A program made the translations under genes and the position numbers. Positions 1 through 12,294 of a stretch of 64,000 nucleotides of DNA are shown in pieces; position 1 is the first letter of the stretch, and the number at the start of each line of letters is the position of its first letter. Source of the DNA: Promethearchaeota archaeon Loki_b32 (GTDB lineage Archaea; Asgardarchaeota; Lokiarchaeia; Sigyniarchaeales; SOKP01); the NCBI GenBank assembly GCA_005223125.1, contig NJBH01000008.1:32001-96000 (forward strand), written 5' to 3'. The notes beneath the pieces are model-generated. The model did not search any database, was not told where the DNA came from, and saw only the letters and a program-made list of their open reading frames with translations.

Positions 1-46
1 GTAAAGATAAAAAAAAAGATAAAAAAACAAAAATAAGTGAAATTTA

Positions 47-526
47 ATGGATAGGCAATTACTCTCTAAAATTCTCGCCCAGATGAGAAGAAATTTAAAG
101 GAAGGTAAAGATATTGGAGATATGAAAGTTGGCGCTCTATTAGCTTTAGGTCACCAACTAGAAGCAATTTTTTACTATTTAGGCCATGAGTTAGGATCTA
201 CCTTAAAAGTAAAGCCAGTTAAAGATATATCTCAAGTTCCAGATGAACTAAAACGAATTATTGCTGAATTCAATCTTGGATCAGCTGAGATAACTGAAAG
301 TACAGAAGAAATAATACAACTTAAACTTAAAGATCATTCTTCTATAAAAGATTTAATTAAAAAAGGAATTAAAACATCAGGAAGCTTTTGTTCATTTGAA
401 GCAGGACTATTGGCAGGTGTACTTGAAAAATTGAGTGATCGTCATTGCTTTGCTCAAGAACTCGGATGTAGTTTACAAACAGGGCAGAATTACTGCGAAT
501 TTATGCTCGTATTCCAAAAAGATTAA
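47..526 (+). CDS. V4R-domain protein (Bet3/TRAPP-related fold)
   Basis: C-terminal V4R signature FCSFEAGLLAGVL...AQELGC...NYCEF; YYLGHELG helix. Confidence 0.8.
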   Translation: MDRQLLSKILAQMRRNLKEGKDIGDMKVGALLALGHQLEAIFYYLGHELGSTLKVKPVKDISQVPDELKRIIAEFNLGSAEITESTEEIIQLKLKDHSSIKDLIKKGIKTSGSFCSFEAGLLAGVLEKLSDRHCFAQELGCSLQTGQNYCEFMLVFQKD

Positions 527-757
527 TTACATTTATTATTTTTTGTTAATACTTTTTTTAGGAAAATTTTTTACTCTAATCAAAGTTTAATTTTTAATTA
601 TAAAGTGTTATTAGAAAATTATTAATAAGTATAAATTATATTTTGAATATAAAAAAATTGTAAGTTTTTTATTACTATTTTTTATATTAAAAACTATTGA
701 TTTAAATTTAATTTTAATTGCTTAATTGAACTGAATATTTAAAAAGGGTTTAATAGG

Positions 758-1285
758 ATGGAACCAAAGTATATTATTAAAATCTGCCTCCTTGGAGATG
801 CCAATGTTGGGAAGACCTCACTAGTTTATAGATTTATTGAGAATAAATTTAGAGAAAATTATAAAAGTACGCTTGGTGTAAACCTTCTAAAGAAGGATAT
901 GGATATAGCACAATATGGTGAAGTTTCTGCTCAAATCTGGGATCTTGGAGGACAAGAATCATTTAAATCTCTCAGGAAGTTATATTTAGAAGGAGCAAAT
1001 GGAGCATTATTGGTTTATGATATGACTAGCAAAAAGACTTTTGAAAAACTTGATGATTGGGTACAAGATTTCAAGGAAGCTAGAGTTGAAGCTCCAATAA
1101 TCTTAATAGGAAACAAATCTGATTTGAAAAAACAAATTAAGATAACTGAAAGTGATTCAAAAGAGTATGCAAATTCAAATAATTTAGGAATGATTATTAC
1201 TTCTGCTAAAACTGGTCAAAATGTTGAAGAAGCATTTATAGAATTGACGAAAAGAATCCTAGATCAGATTTCAGATAAGTCCTAA
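758..1285 (+). CDS. Rab-like small GTPase
   Basis: G1 GDANVGKTS, G2 STLGV, G3 WDLGGQE, G4 NKSD, G5 TSAK; no C-terminal prenylation Cys. Confidence 0.95.
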   Translation: MEPKYIIKICLLGDANVGKTSLVYRFIENKFRENYKSTLGVNLLKKDMDIAQYGEVSAQIWDLGGQESFKSLRKLYLEGANGALLVYDMTSKKTFEKLDDWVQDFKEARVEAPIILIGNKSDLKKQIKITESDSKEYANSNNLGMIITSAKTGQNVEEAFIELTKRILDQISDKS

Positions 1286-1507
1286 AAAAAAATAGGTAAA
1301 TTCTTTTCTTTCATTAATTTTTAAGAGTCAATTATTATCAACTGATTTTAATAACTATCAAAATTTGGGGATTTAAGCGTTATTCTTTTTTAAATCTACC
1401 ACCTTTATAAAGGAAGATTTATTTAAATAAAAATAACAAAAAAACGTAGTTATTAAGAATATTATAATTTTACAAATTTCAAATCATAATTATCACATAA
1501 TAAAATC

Positions 1508-2182
1508 ATGCCAGAAAAAGAATTTGATGACGAATTAGATGAACGGGATGAAGAGGAAGAAGAGGGGAAAGAAGGGGAATATGATTATGAAACAGATTTA
1601 GATTATAAAATTGAAAACGTAGTAGCAACAGTTGTAGTAGAGATAACAGAAAAAATTGATTTAAATATAATAGCAAGACGTCATGCAGAAGTTGAATATA
1701 ACCCCGAACGTTTTCCTGGTCTAGTAATGCGAATTGAAAAACCACGCGCTACAATATTGATATTTTCTACGGGAAAAATGGTAGTAACTGGTCTCAGACA
1801 TGCATCAGAAGCAGATCGAGTTGTTGATAAAGTAGTAAAAAATATTAAAAAGGCTGGAATAAAAGTCTCTAATCCCGAAATTACAATTCAAAATATTGTT
1901 GCCTCAGGTGATCTCCACACAAATATAGATCTTAATATGGCCGCCATCGTGATGGAATATGCTATGTATGAACCCGAAGTATTTCCTGGACTTATATATA
2001 GAATGCAAGAACCTAAGACAGTTTTCTTAATATTTAGTACAGGACGTATTGTTTGTACTGGAGCTAAAAGAAAAGAAATTGTACGAGAGGCTGTCTTAAA
2101 TTTAAACAAGCAAGTTCGAGAGTTGGGTGTAGCCAAAAAAGATATGGCAGATTCAGATTACCAAGATATAACTTTTATCTAA
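1508..2182 (+). CDS. tbp: TATA-box binding protein with acidic N-terminal extension
   Basis: Two TBP repeats: ENVVAT...YNPERFPGLVMR...LIFSTGKMVVTG and QNIVAS...YEPEVFPGLIYR...LIFSTGRIVCTG. Confidence 0.97.
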   Translation: MPEKEFDDELDERDEEEEEGKEGEYDYETDLDYKIENVVATVVVEITEKIDLNIIARRHAEVEYNPERFPGLVMRIEKPRATILIFSTGKMVVTGLRHASEADRVVDKVVKNIKKAGIKVSNPEITIQNIVASGDLHTNIDLNMAAIVMEYAMYEPEVFPGLIYRMQEPKTVFLIFSTGRIVCTGAKRKEIVREAVLNLNKQVRELGVAKKDMADSDYQDITFI

Positions 2183-2252
2183 ACTAATTCTTATCTTTTT
2201 ATATTTTGTCAATCACTTAGCCTTAAAAGAAAAGAATCTTTGAAAAATAGTT

Positions 2253-2591
2253 TTAAATTGTTCTCTTCTCGTTTATTGCATCAATAGAATTAATATATTC
2301 CTTATATAACACATCTATTAATTGGTATTCTTTAGCTTTGTTAAACGCTAATAGAAACAATTGATTGAGGGTTATAGTGTTATTTATTTCATAGATATCA
2401 TCACTTAGGCCTATTTTATCACTATGTTGATCAAGAAAATTGCATAAGATATATCGATTTTCATTTCTCAAGTTGATTTTATTCAATGCACCAAACATTC
2501 TTAGAATTAATGGCGTTTGAAATCTAATTTTATTATGATGCAATGATTGAAACATCCTTAAATATTTATTTCGTTTTAAGGAAACCGACAT
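2253..2591 (-). CDS. hypothetical protein
   Basis: 112-aa ORF co-oriented with its neighbours; no motif recognised. Confidence 0.6.
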   Translation of the reverse strand: MSVSLKRNKYLRMFQSLHHNKIRFQTPLILRMFGALNKINLRNENRYILCNFLDQHSDKIGLSDDIYEINNTITLNQLFLLAFNKAKEYQLIDVLYKEYINSIDAINEKRTI

Positions 2592-2646
2592 AAATATAGA
2601 ATTTAATCAATCATTATTCAAAGAAAGTGTTACTGAGGTATTACAC

Positions 2647-2931
2647 TTAGTATTCAAACATGTAATCAAATCCTTTAAATTTATATGTGGGTTGTGTAAA
2701 TTCATGTTCAACCTTTTCAACCTGAGCATGCTTAGGTCCATGTTTAGAAAAGCCTAAAAGTTCTAGTAATTTATCTTGAGATCCTTCTGCCTCGATGTAA
2801 ACAGATCCATCGGGCATATTCTTAACATATCCTGTTAAACCTAATCTTCTCGCAACTTTTCGTGTAGTATAGCGAAAAAAAACTCCTTGTACGATTCCAT
2901 AAACTTTAATTTTTATGTTAGCGTCTTTCAT
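2647..2931 (-). CDS. acyP: acylphosphatase
   Basis: GIVQGVFFR...GYVKNMPDGSV signature. Confidence 0.95.
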   Translation of the reverse strand: MKDANIKIKVYGIVQGVFFRYTTRKVARRLGLTGYVKNMPDGSVYIEAEGSQDKLLELLGFSKHGPKHAQVEKVEHEFTQPTYKFKGFDYMFEY

Positions 2932-3563
2932 ACTCTCAAAAAATAAAAATCTTTCTTAGAGTCGTATCCAACAACTTCATTTCTTATAAGTGTTTCAAGT
3001 ACACTAAAAAACCATCGCTTACTTGTTTTTATTACTTTTTCAAAATCTTCGATGGTTGCAGTATCTTTTATCGCTAATAAGAATAAGAATTTACTTTTCA
3101 CTGATAGATGATTTGATTTAGTTATAAAATCGAATTTTACTTCAAAATCATATTCTCTTGTCTTTAAATATACCACTTCGTTACTCAATTTTGTTATAAC
3201 TTGTTCTGTTGTTCGGAAAGCATCGAGACTGATATGAAACATGGCTTCTAAATTTTCTTTTAGTTTCTCTTCATCTGATAATTTATCAATTTCTTTATTA
3301 AATTTTTCAAGAATTTCTAAATAATCATTACCATCATCAAATCTGTTTAAACCTAAAACAATTATTATTTCTTTATTTTCGTTATAATAAGAAACCGAGT
3401 TCCAATTTTTTTCTTTTGTAATAATATAAGATTCGGTAAAATTATGTGATATTGTAATTTGTTGAACTACTGGATTTGGGATTTCCAGATCTTCCGGGTA
3501 TTTTAAATAAATCATACCTCCTTCAACCTCATCCCAACGAATTAAAAAAATCCCATTTGGCAT
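2928..3563 (-). CDS. uDENN/longin-like N-terminal domain protein with possible C-terminal winged helix
   Basis: N-terminus IFLIRWDEVEGGMIYLKYP resembles the uDENN/NPR2-type longin start; coiled-coil middle; HTH-like end. Confidence 0.5.
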   Translation of the reverse strand: MPNGIFLIRWDEVEGGMIYLKYPEDLEIPNPVVQQITISHNFTESYIITKEKNWNSVSYYNENKEIIIVLGLNRFDDGNDYLEILEKFNKEIDKLSDEEKLKENLEAMFHISLDAFRTTEQVITKLSNEVVYLKTREYDFEVKFDFITKSNHLSVKSKFLFLLAIKDTATIEDFEKVIKTSKRWFFSVLETLIRNEVVGYDSKKDFYFLRV

Positions 3564-3769
3564 TGGATCTAAATCAGTATCTAATTTGAATCTTAATAAT
3601 AAAATAACTGTTAATTATTAAAAATTTAATTCTTCTTTACTTAATTGATCAATTATGATATCGTAATATATATATTTGACCGCAAGCTGATAAATTTCAA
3701 CCATATTTACAGAGATTTAACTAAAAAAATAAATAATACAATATTGATCTATCACATAGAGGATTTGAT

Positions 3770-4045
3770 ATGGTTGTTTATTATGTATACATTTTAGAAG
3801 TTCTCACAAAAAATGGAAGAAAAATGTATTACACGGGATATACTAACAACCTCTATAGGAGATGGCATGAACACCGAAATGGAACAGGTGCTAAATTTTG
3901 TCGAGGTAAAAAGGATATTAAGCTAAAATATTTTGAAACTTATCAAAATAGAAAAGAAGCAATGAGGAGAGAATTGCAAATAAAGTCTTTTTCAAGGCAA
4001 CAGAAGAGAGAATTAATAAAGAGTATAACAATTGACGTAAACTAG
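3770..4045 (+). CDS. GIY-YIG nuclease family protein (UPF0213-like)
   Basis: YVYIL...YYTGYTNNLYRRWHEH...GAKF...AMRRELQIK. Confidence 0.9.
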   Translation: MVVYYVYILEVLTKNGRKMYYTGYTNNLYRRWHEHRNGTGAKFCRGKKDIKLKYFETYQNRKEAMRRELQIKSFSRQQKRELIKSITIDVN

Positions 4046-4867
4046 TTGATACTATTATTGGTTAACCAAAATTTTTTAATTTGTTTAGTAGGACTACCGG
4101 CTTCAGGGAAAAGCACTTTTGCCAATATATTAAAAAATGATCTCGAAAAAAGATTTAATAATTTGGAGGTAAAAATCATTGATCCAGATAAAATAAGACA
4201 GGATTTGACTCCAAATCAATTTAATCATAAAAAAGAACACATCATAAAAAAAGAAAATCTAAAAAAAATAAGGAGAGAATTAGAAAAAGGACATATTGTA
4301 ATTAGTGATGATTTAAATTACTACTCTAGTATGAGACATAGTTTAAAAGATATTACAGATAGTCTTAATTTATACTTTTTTATTGTTCATATAGCGACCC
4401 CTATTGAAATATGTCTGAAATGGAATGAAATTCGAGGTAAACCAATCCCAAATTTAGTTATAAACAAAGTTAAAGAGAGATTTGATGAGTTTAATAAGTA
4501 TAATTGGGATATAGCGGACGTTGTATACGACCTCTCACAAATAGCAGATTTACATGAGGTAATTGAGGAATTTTTAGTATATATTCAAAAAAAAATTGAT
4601 AATTTTAAATATAAATTAAAATTGGGAGATAGGAAAACTAACCTTTCAAACTTAGACAATGAAAATCTAGATAAAATTACAAGGATCTATGTAAGCACCC
4701 TTTTACACAATTCCTCATTTTTACCCTTGAAAAAGAGAATTATAAGATTAAGAAAAATTTATGTGAAAGAAAATAAAAATAAAGCACTTAAAGAATCAGA
4801 AATCTCAAATTCATTTAAAAATTATTTAGAAACAAATTTAAACATAAAAATTACTGAAAATCTTTAA
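4046..4867 (+). CDS. pstK: O-phosphoseryl-tRNA(Sec) kinase
   Basis: P-loop GLPASGKST, DDLNYYSSMR motif typical of PSTK/Kti12, WD motif, helical C-terminal domain. Confidence 0.8.
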   Translation: MILLLVNQNFLICLVGLPASGKSTFANILKNDLEKRFNNLEVKIIDPDKIRQDLTPNQFNHKKEHIIKKENLKKIRRELEKGHIVISDDLNYYSSMRHSLKDITDSLNLYFFIVHIATPIEICLKWNEIRGKPIPNLVINKVKERFDEFNKYNWDIADVVYDLSQIADLHEVIEEFLVYIQKKIDNFKYKLKLGDRKTNLSNLDNENLDKITRIYVSTLLHNSSFLPLKKRIIRLRKIYVKENKNKALKESEISNSFKNYLETNLNIKITENL

Positions 4868-4943
4868 TAATCAATTTATTATAAAAATTAAAGAAAAAGA
4901 AAATAAACCATTATTACTTTTTTTAATAATAATCTTCTCATAA

Positions 4944-7229
<2,286 letters not shown>

Positions 7230-7347
7230 CTATAATCTTTTTTTAGTTTTTTATATGTATTTTACTTATATATTTTTAGATTAATTTTGTAAAATTTTAT
7301 TAAAAACATTACCTAATTATCATTATTCACACAATTAAAGAGTATAT

Positions 7348-8553
7348 ATGATGATTGAAATTAAAATTGATTGGGATGGTCACATAAGGAAATATCAAGC
7401 AGCGATGGAAGATTTAAATTTAGATTTCTGTGTTCTTACTCGAGTAAAGTCTATAACCTATCTGACAGGATGTTTTGTTCCGTGGAAAAGCTATTTTTTT
7501 CTCCCAAAAGAGGGAATGGGAGAACCAGAATTATTTACGGTGCTCTTAGATGTGGAAAGAATCAGAGCAGAAGGCCATATGAAAAATATTAGTGGATGGG
7601 GTCCTCTCAAGGGATTCTATATAGAAAAGAAACTACAAAAAGCAGCTAAAAAAGCAGGGGTATATAATCCTAAAGGGTCTGCTCCCAAAATAGGGGTAGA
7701 ATTGGGATTAGATATTTGCGTAACTGGTCAGATGCTCTCATATACTGAAGCAGAATTGTTAAAGAACGTGTTTCCAGGATGTGAACTTGTTGATTTTAAT
7801 GATAAAACTGAAAGAATACAATTTATTAAAGAACCAGAAGAGATTGCTATGCTACGTAAAGCCAGTGAAATTACTGATATTGGACAACAGGTAGTGAAAA
7901 ATTCACTCTCGGAACGTCCCCAAGGAAAAGTATTCACAGAAAATGAAATAGCAGGAATTGGTACTTTAGCTATGAGAATAGCAGGCAGCAATTATGAATG
8001 GACTTTCACAGGAAATCAAGAAATCGGTTCAGGTTATCGAGCAAGCTGGACATTTAATGGATGCACACCAGCTACAAATAAAAAGGTAAAAGAAGGAGAA
8101 TCTTTACTTGTAGACTTGCATGCCGAATATGGATGTTATCTTGGAGATTTAAGTCATAATTATATTCTTGGAACATGTCCGTCTGAGCTTAAGAAATTCA
8201 ATGAAGTATATGAGCAATTATGCTATGCTCTAATTGACAATATGTATTTAGGAAATACATTCGATAATTGTTATCAAGAAGTACATAAAGTAGCTGAAAA
8301 AGCAGGATATCCTAATGATCTTTTTTTCGGTTTGGGACACGCTATAGGCATCATAGGAAATGAATCTTCGCCAGTTGTAGTCCCTGGTAAGGATTGGGGT
8401 CATTTAACATTCGAGGAAAATATGGTGGAAATTGCAGCAATAGTATTTAATCGCCCAGGACTTGGAGGACTTCGACTTGAGTCACCTACTCTTGTTACAA
8501 GTAAAGGTGCTGAAGTACTTCCCAAAACACCATTTGAAGTTGATTATTTATAG
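7348..8553 (+). CDS. M24-family (Xaa-Pro peptidase/creatinase fold) hydrolase
   Basis: Creatinase-N domain, IKEPEEI, LVD...YLGD, GLGHAIG, GLRLES. Confidence 0.85.
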   Translation: MMIEIKIDWDGHIRKYQAAMEDLNLDFCVLTRVKSITYLTGCFVPWKSYFFLPKEGMGEPELFTVLLDVERIRAEGHMKNISGWGPLKGFYIEKKLQKAAKKAGVYNPKGSAPKIGVELGLDICVTGQMLSYTEAELLKNVFPGCELVDFNDKTERIQFIKEPEEIAMLRKASEITDIGQQVVKNSLSERPQGKVFTENEIAGIGTLAMRIAGSNYEWTFTGNQEIGSGYRASWTFNGCTPATNKKVKEGESLLVDLHAEYGCYLGDLSHNYILGTCPSELKKFNEVYEQLCYALIDNMYLGNTFDNCYQEVHKVAEKAGYPNDLFFGLGHAIGIIGNESSPVVVPGKDWGHLTFEENMVEIAAIVFNRPGLGGLRLESPTLVTSKGAEVLPKTPFEVDYL

Positions 8554-8618
8554 ATTTGTTAACTATATCATTGGAATAATTATATTTAATTTATTTTAAC
8601 AAAAAATTTCTATTTACT

Positions 8619-9761
8619 ATGGAAATCTCCAATTATCAAAAAGAAAGATTAACCAATATTTTAAAGAAATTAATTCAAATCCCTACTGAGAATCCCCCTG
8701 GAAAGACTGAAGAAGTGGTTAACTTCTTAATAAATGAAGTTTTCAGAGAAGAAGAGGGTTTTCATAATGAAGTTATTACTCATATGAAGGACGGTGTAGA
8801 ACTACATAATTTAGTAACTAAAATTGGATCTGGAAAGAAGAAAATAGTGTTATCAGGACATTTTGATGTGGTACCTGTTGGTGATCAAACTAAATGGAAT
8901 CATCCACCTTTTTCTGCTAAAATGGTAGATGGAAAAATATACGGACGAGGTTCTGCCGATATGAAAGGAGGGATAACCTCTCTAATAGGAGTAATGAAAG
9001 TATTGAACTCAGATCCCTATTTTAAGGAAAATTATGAATTAATTTTTCTTGGTACTGCCGATGAAGAAGCAGGTATGACTGGTTCTGAATTACTATCGAA
9101 GATGGGGTTTATTAACAATGCTGATTTAATAATTATAGCTGAACCAACTAATTTAAACATTGGAGTTGCTGGAAAGGGTTTATTATGGGCGACTATACAG
9201 GTTACTGGGAAATCAGCTCATGGATCTATGCCTGATAAGGGACATAATGCTATTGAGGGAGTACTTAAAATTATTCCTCAAATATATAATTGCTTAGAAG
9301 ATAAATCTAATAAAACTTTAGGAAGATCTACTATAAATATAGGTAAAATCTATGGAGGTACTAAAATAAATATCGTCCCTGATTATGCTGAATTAGAAAT
9401 AGATTTTAGATTAATCCCAGAACAAGAACATGAAAAGGTAATAAGCAATTTAAGAAAAATTGAATTAAATCCTTATTCTATTAATGTTAAAATTACAAAC
9501 TCATTGCAATCTTTATTAACTGATGTAAATCATCCTTTCATCCAAAATTTAACAAATATAACTAATTCAGAATTTATTGGTGTATCTTATGCAACTGATG
9601 CATGCAAATATGTTAATCCAACAAATTTTATTCCCTTTGTTATATTTGGTCCTGGAGATCCAAATATTGTTCATAAACCAAATGAGTGGATTCAATTAGA
9701 ACAGGTTTTTCACGCAACAGAGTTCTTAATTGATGCCCTAACAAAGACTTATCTAAAATAG
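8619..9761 (+). CDS. M20-family metallo-deacylase (ArgE/DapE-like)
   Basis: SGHFDVVP, GRGSADMKGG, DEEAG, AEPT, GKSAHGS, VHKPNE. Confidence 0.93.
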   Translation: MEISNYQKERLTNILKKLIQIPTENPPGKTEEVVNFLINEVFREEEGFHNEVITHMKDGVELHNLVTKIGSGKKKIVLSGHFDVVPVGDQTKWNHPPFSAKMVDGKIYGRGSADMKGGITSLIGVMKVLNSDPYFKENYELIFLGTADEEAGMTGSELLSKMGFINNADLIIIAEPTNLNIGVAGKGLLWATIQVTGKSAHGSMPDKGHNAIEGVLKIIPQIYNCLEDKSNKTLGRSTINIGKIYGGTKINIVPDYAELEIDFRLIPEQEHEKVISNLRKIELNPYSINVKITNSLQSLLTDVNHPFIQNLTNITNSEFIGVSYATDACKYVNPTNFIPFVIFGPGDPNIVHKPNEWIQLEQVFHATEFLIDALTKTYLK

Positions 9762-9771
9762 AATTATCTTT

Positions 9772-10923
9772 TTATATTTTATGAATAAATTTTTCAATCC
9801 TATTCATAGCTTCTTTAATTTTTTCAATTTCAGTTGCATAGGATATCCTTATCATATGATCAGAAAATGAACCAAAAACTCCGCCAGGAACGACAGCAAC
9901 TGCTTGTTCTTTCATAAGTTTTTGTGAAAATTCTTTACCAGTTAAATTAAAATTTTTTGTTGAAGGCATAACATAAAAAGCACCATGTGGTTTTACTAGA
10001 TCAAAACCAATCTCCTTTAACCTAATGTAAACTAAATTTCGTCTTTTATCAAAACTCTGATAAATTTCTTCGAAAAAATTAATACCCATTTTTAATGCTT
10101 CAATAAATCCATATTGGGCAGCATGATTTGTTCCTGCAACTGTGTATTGATGAAATTTTTCCATTAAGTCTATGATTTCTTTTGAAGCAACTGCATAACC
10201 AATTCTAAATCCAGTAGCAGAAAATGACTTTGACATAGCATTCACAGTTATAGTTCTTTCAAACATACCATTTAACGAAGCTGGACTTACATGTTTTAAT
10301 CCATCGTAAATATAATTTTCATAAACTTCATCAGTGATTAAGTATAGATCATTTTCAATAATGATTTCAACAATCTTTTTCAATTCAGTTTGATTTAGAA
10401 CATGACCAGTTGGATTATTTGGAGAATTAATTAAAATTGCCTTAGTCTTACTTGTAATAGAATTTCTAATTTTTTCAATATTGGGGCTAAAATTTTTGTT
10501 TCTTTCAACTTCTACTACCTTTACTCCAAAAAATAATGCACAATAGAAGTAAGACAGAAAATTTGGTGAAGAAATTATTAGTTCATCTCCAGGATTAAAA
10601 ATTGTTGCAAATGCTAGAGTAATTGCCTGACTACCTCCATTAGTCACAATAATATTATCTCTCCAATTGGCATTAATCTTATTAAAAGTGTTGACTTTTT
10701 TCTCTAACAATTCTAATAACTCTGGAACCCCTCTAGTAGGAGCGTACATAGTAATTTTGTTTTTTAATGCGTTAATATTTCCTTGTATTGCCGGTTCAGG
10801 AGTTGTAAAATCTGGTTGGCCAATCCCTAGGCTAATAACATCTGAACGACCTAAGGCAAGATCAAATAACTCTCTAATAGCTGATTTTGGAGCTTTAGAT
10901 ACTCTTTGAGAAGGTTCCCTCAT
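9772..10923 (-). CDS. class I/II PLP-dependent aminotransferase
   Basis: SLGIGQPDF, NSPNNPTG, DEVYE, SKSFSATGFRIGY. Confidence 0.95.
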   Translation of the reverse strand: MREPSQRVSKAPKSAIRELFDLALGRSDVISLGIGQPDFTTPEPAIQGNINALKNKITMYAPTRGVPELLELLEKKVNTFNKINANWRDNIIVTNGGSQAITLAFATIFNPGDELIISSPNFLSYFYCALFFGVKVVEVERNKNFSPNIEKIRNSITSKTKAILINSPNNPTGHVLNQTELKKIVEIIIENDLYLITDEVYENYIYDGLKHVSPASLNGMFERTITVNAMSKSFSATGFRIGYAVASKEIIDLMEKFHQYTVAGTNHAAQYGFIEALKMGINFFEEIYQSFDKRRNLVYIRLKEIGFDLVKPHGAFYVMPSTKNFNLTGKEFSQKLMKEQAVAVVPGGVFGSFSDHMIRISYATEIEKIKEAMNRIEKFIHKI

Positions 10924-11011
10924 GATTTATTCTCTTAATTTAAATATTTAAAAAAATCAGTTGGTTTATATTATGATACAAAAGAGAGTTATTTCAGACT
11001 ATTAAAATTTT

Positions 11012-11569
11012 TTAAATATTTACACCATGATTACTTAGGATTTGATTTACTAAAAGAGAAAAAGCTTCTTCAATATTTTCTCCTAGTCTTGCGCTCGTCT
11101 CAATAAAATCGCTGGCCTTAATTTTCGTAGCCAATTCTTTTCCCCTTTCTGTAGGTACTGCTATTTGATCTTTTAAATCAGTTTTATTGCCAATTAATAT
11201 ATATGCGCATTTCTTTTTTACATGTTTTTTATAATCTTTTAACCACTTATTATTGATACTTTCTAAGGTATTATACCGAGTGACATCATAAACTAGAAGA
11301 GCTCCTTGGCACCCCTGAAAGTACATACTCCTAACTACCCGATATTTCTCTTGACCAGCAAGATCCCACATGATTAATCTAACTCTTGCATTATCTAAGT
11401 TAACATCTTTACGTACTATATTAGCTCCTAATGTAGGTTTATAGTCTTCTTGAAATGAACCTTCTACAAATTGATTTATTAATGATGTTTTGCCTACTGC
11501 GGCATCTCCAATAATCACAATCTTAAAAACAAATTCTCGTAATTCTCTAGCTTTTTCTTCTATTGTCAT
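11012..11569 (-). CDS. Rab-like small GTPase
   Basis: GDAAVGKTS, PTLGA, WDLAGQE, NKTD, ETSAR. Confidence 0.95.
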   Translation of the reverse strand: MTIEEKARELREFVFKIVIIGDAAVGKTSLINQFVEGSFQEDYKPTLGANIVRKDVNLDNARVRLIMWDLAGQEKYRVVRSMYFQGCQGALLVYDVTRYNTLESINNKWLKDYKKHVKKKCAYILIGNKTDLKDQIAVPTERGKELATKIKASDFIETSARLGENIEEAFSLLVNQILSNHGVNI

Positions 11570-11678
11570 TCTGCAATTTATTATTTTGTTGTATGTCTAT
11601 TTAAAACTTTATTCTAGTTTTTATAAGATCTTCTTTTGTTATTATGGAAGGATTTCTATTATTATCTTCGTTGTTATA

Positions 11679-12245
11679 TTATTTAAAACTTCTTTTAATT
11701 CTTAATTTAACAACAAAATTATTATGTTCAGGGTTATTTACATCTATTTTTTTCATTTCATAAATAACCATATCTTCTGATGGCAATGATTTCTGTAATG
11801 AATGAACTAAGAACCCTTCAAATAAATCACAGGGAACTCCAATTTCAGAACAAAATATGCATTTGTTTATGCGAACCACTATTTCATTTTCATTATTTTC
11901 TATAATTTCGACCTTCCAATCTGTACTAATTGAAGCATTAATTTCATCAATTATTTCTTCAAAACTTATTCCAAATGGAAATAAGTAAAAGGAAAATTTT
12001 TTTCCGATCTCAAAAAGAAGGATAGAAGAATCATATAACAAACAATTTTGAGCAGAAATGATTTTCTTAAAAGAAAAGAAATCTATGGAGTCATTAGGAT
12101 TTTCATCTCTTATATCCTTTATAGACATCATTTCTGCTTCTCTTAAAATAGATTTCATACCATCATAATCAAGGATATCATGGTATGCTTGGAGAAGTGC
12201 AACAACAACCTTATTTTTTACAGTTCCTTTATAATCTCCAATCAT
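11679..12245 (-). CDS. V4R-like domain protein
   Basis: LFEIGKKF helix, VVRINKCIFC...PCDLFEGFL pattern of V4R proteins; terminal Cys pair absent. Confidence 0.65.
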   Translation of the reverse strand: MIGDYKGTVKNKVVVALLQAYHDILDYDGMKSILREAEMMSIKDIRDENPNDSIDFFSFKKIISAQNCLLYDSSILLFEIGKKFSFYLFPFGISFEEIIDEINASISTDWKVEIIENNENEIVVRINKCIFCSEIGVPCDLFEGFLVHSLQKSLPSEDMVIYEMKKIDVNNPEHNNFVVKLRIKRSFK

Positions 12246-12294
12246 TTCTGTTGAATTTGATAACTTACTTTTCTAATTTATTTAATTTTTTTTA

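Noticed and set aside
3770-4045. GIY-YIG as a homing endonuclease or mobile element
   Set aside because: Stand-alone 91-aa UPF0213-type protein with no intron, intein or DNA-binding extension.
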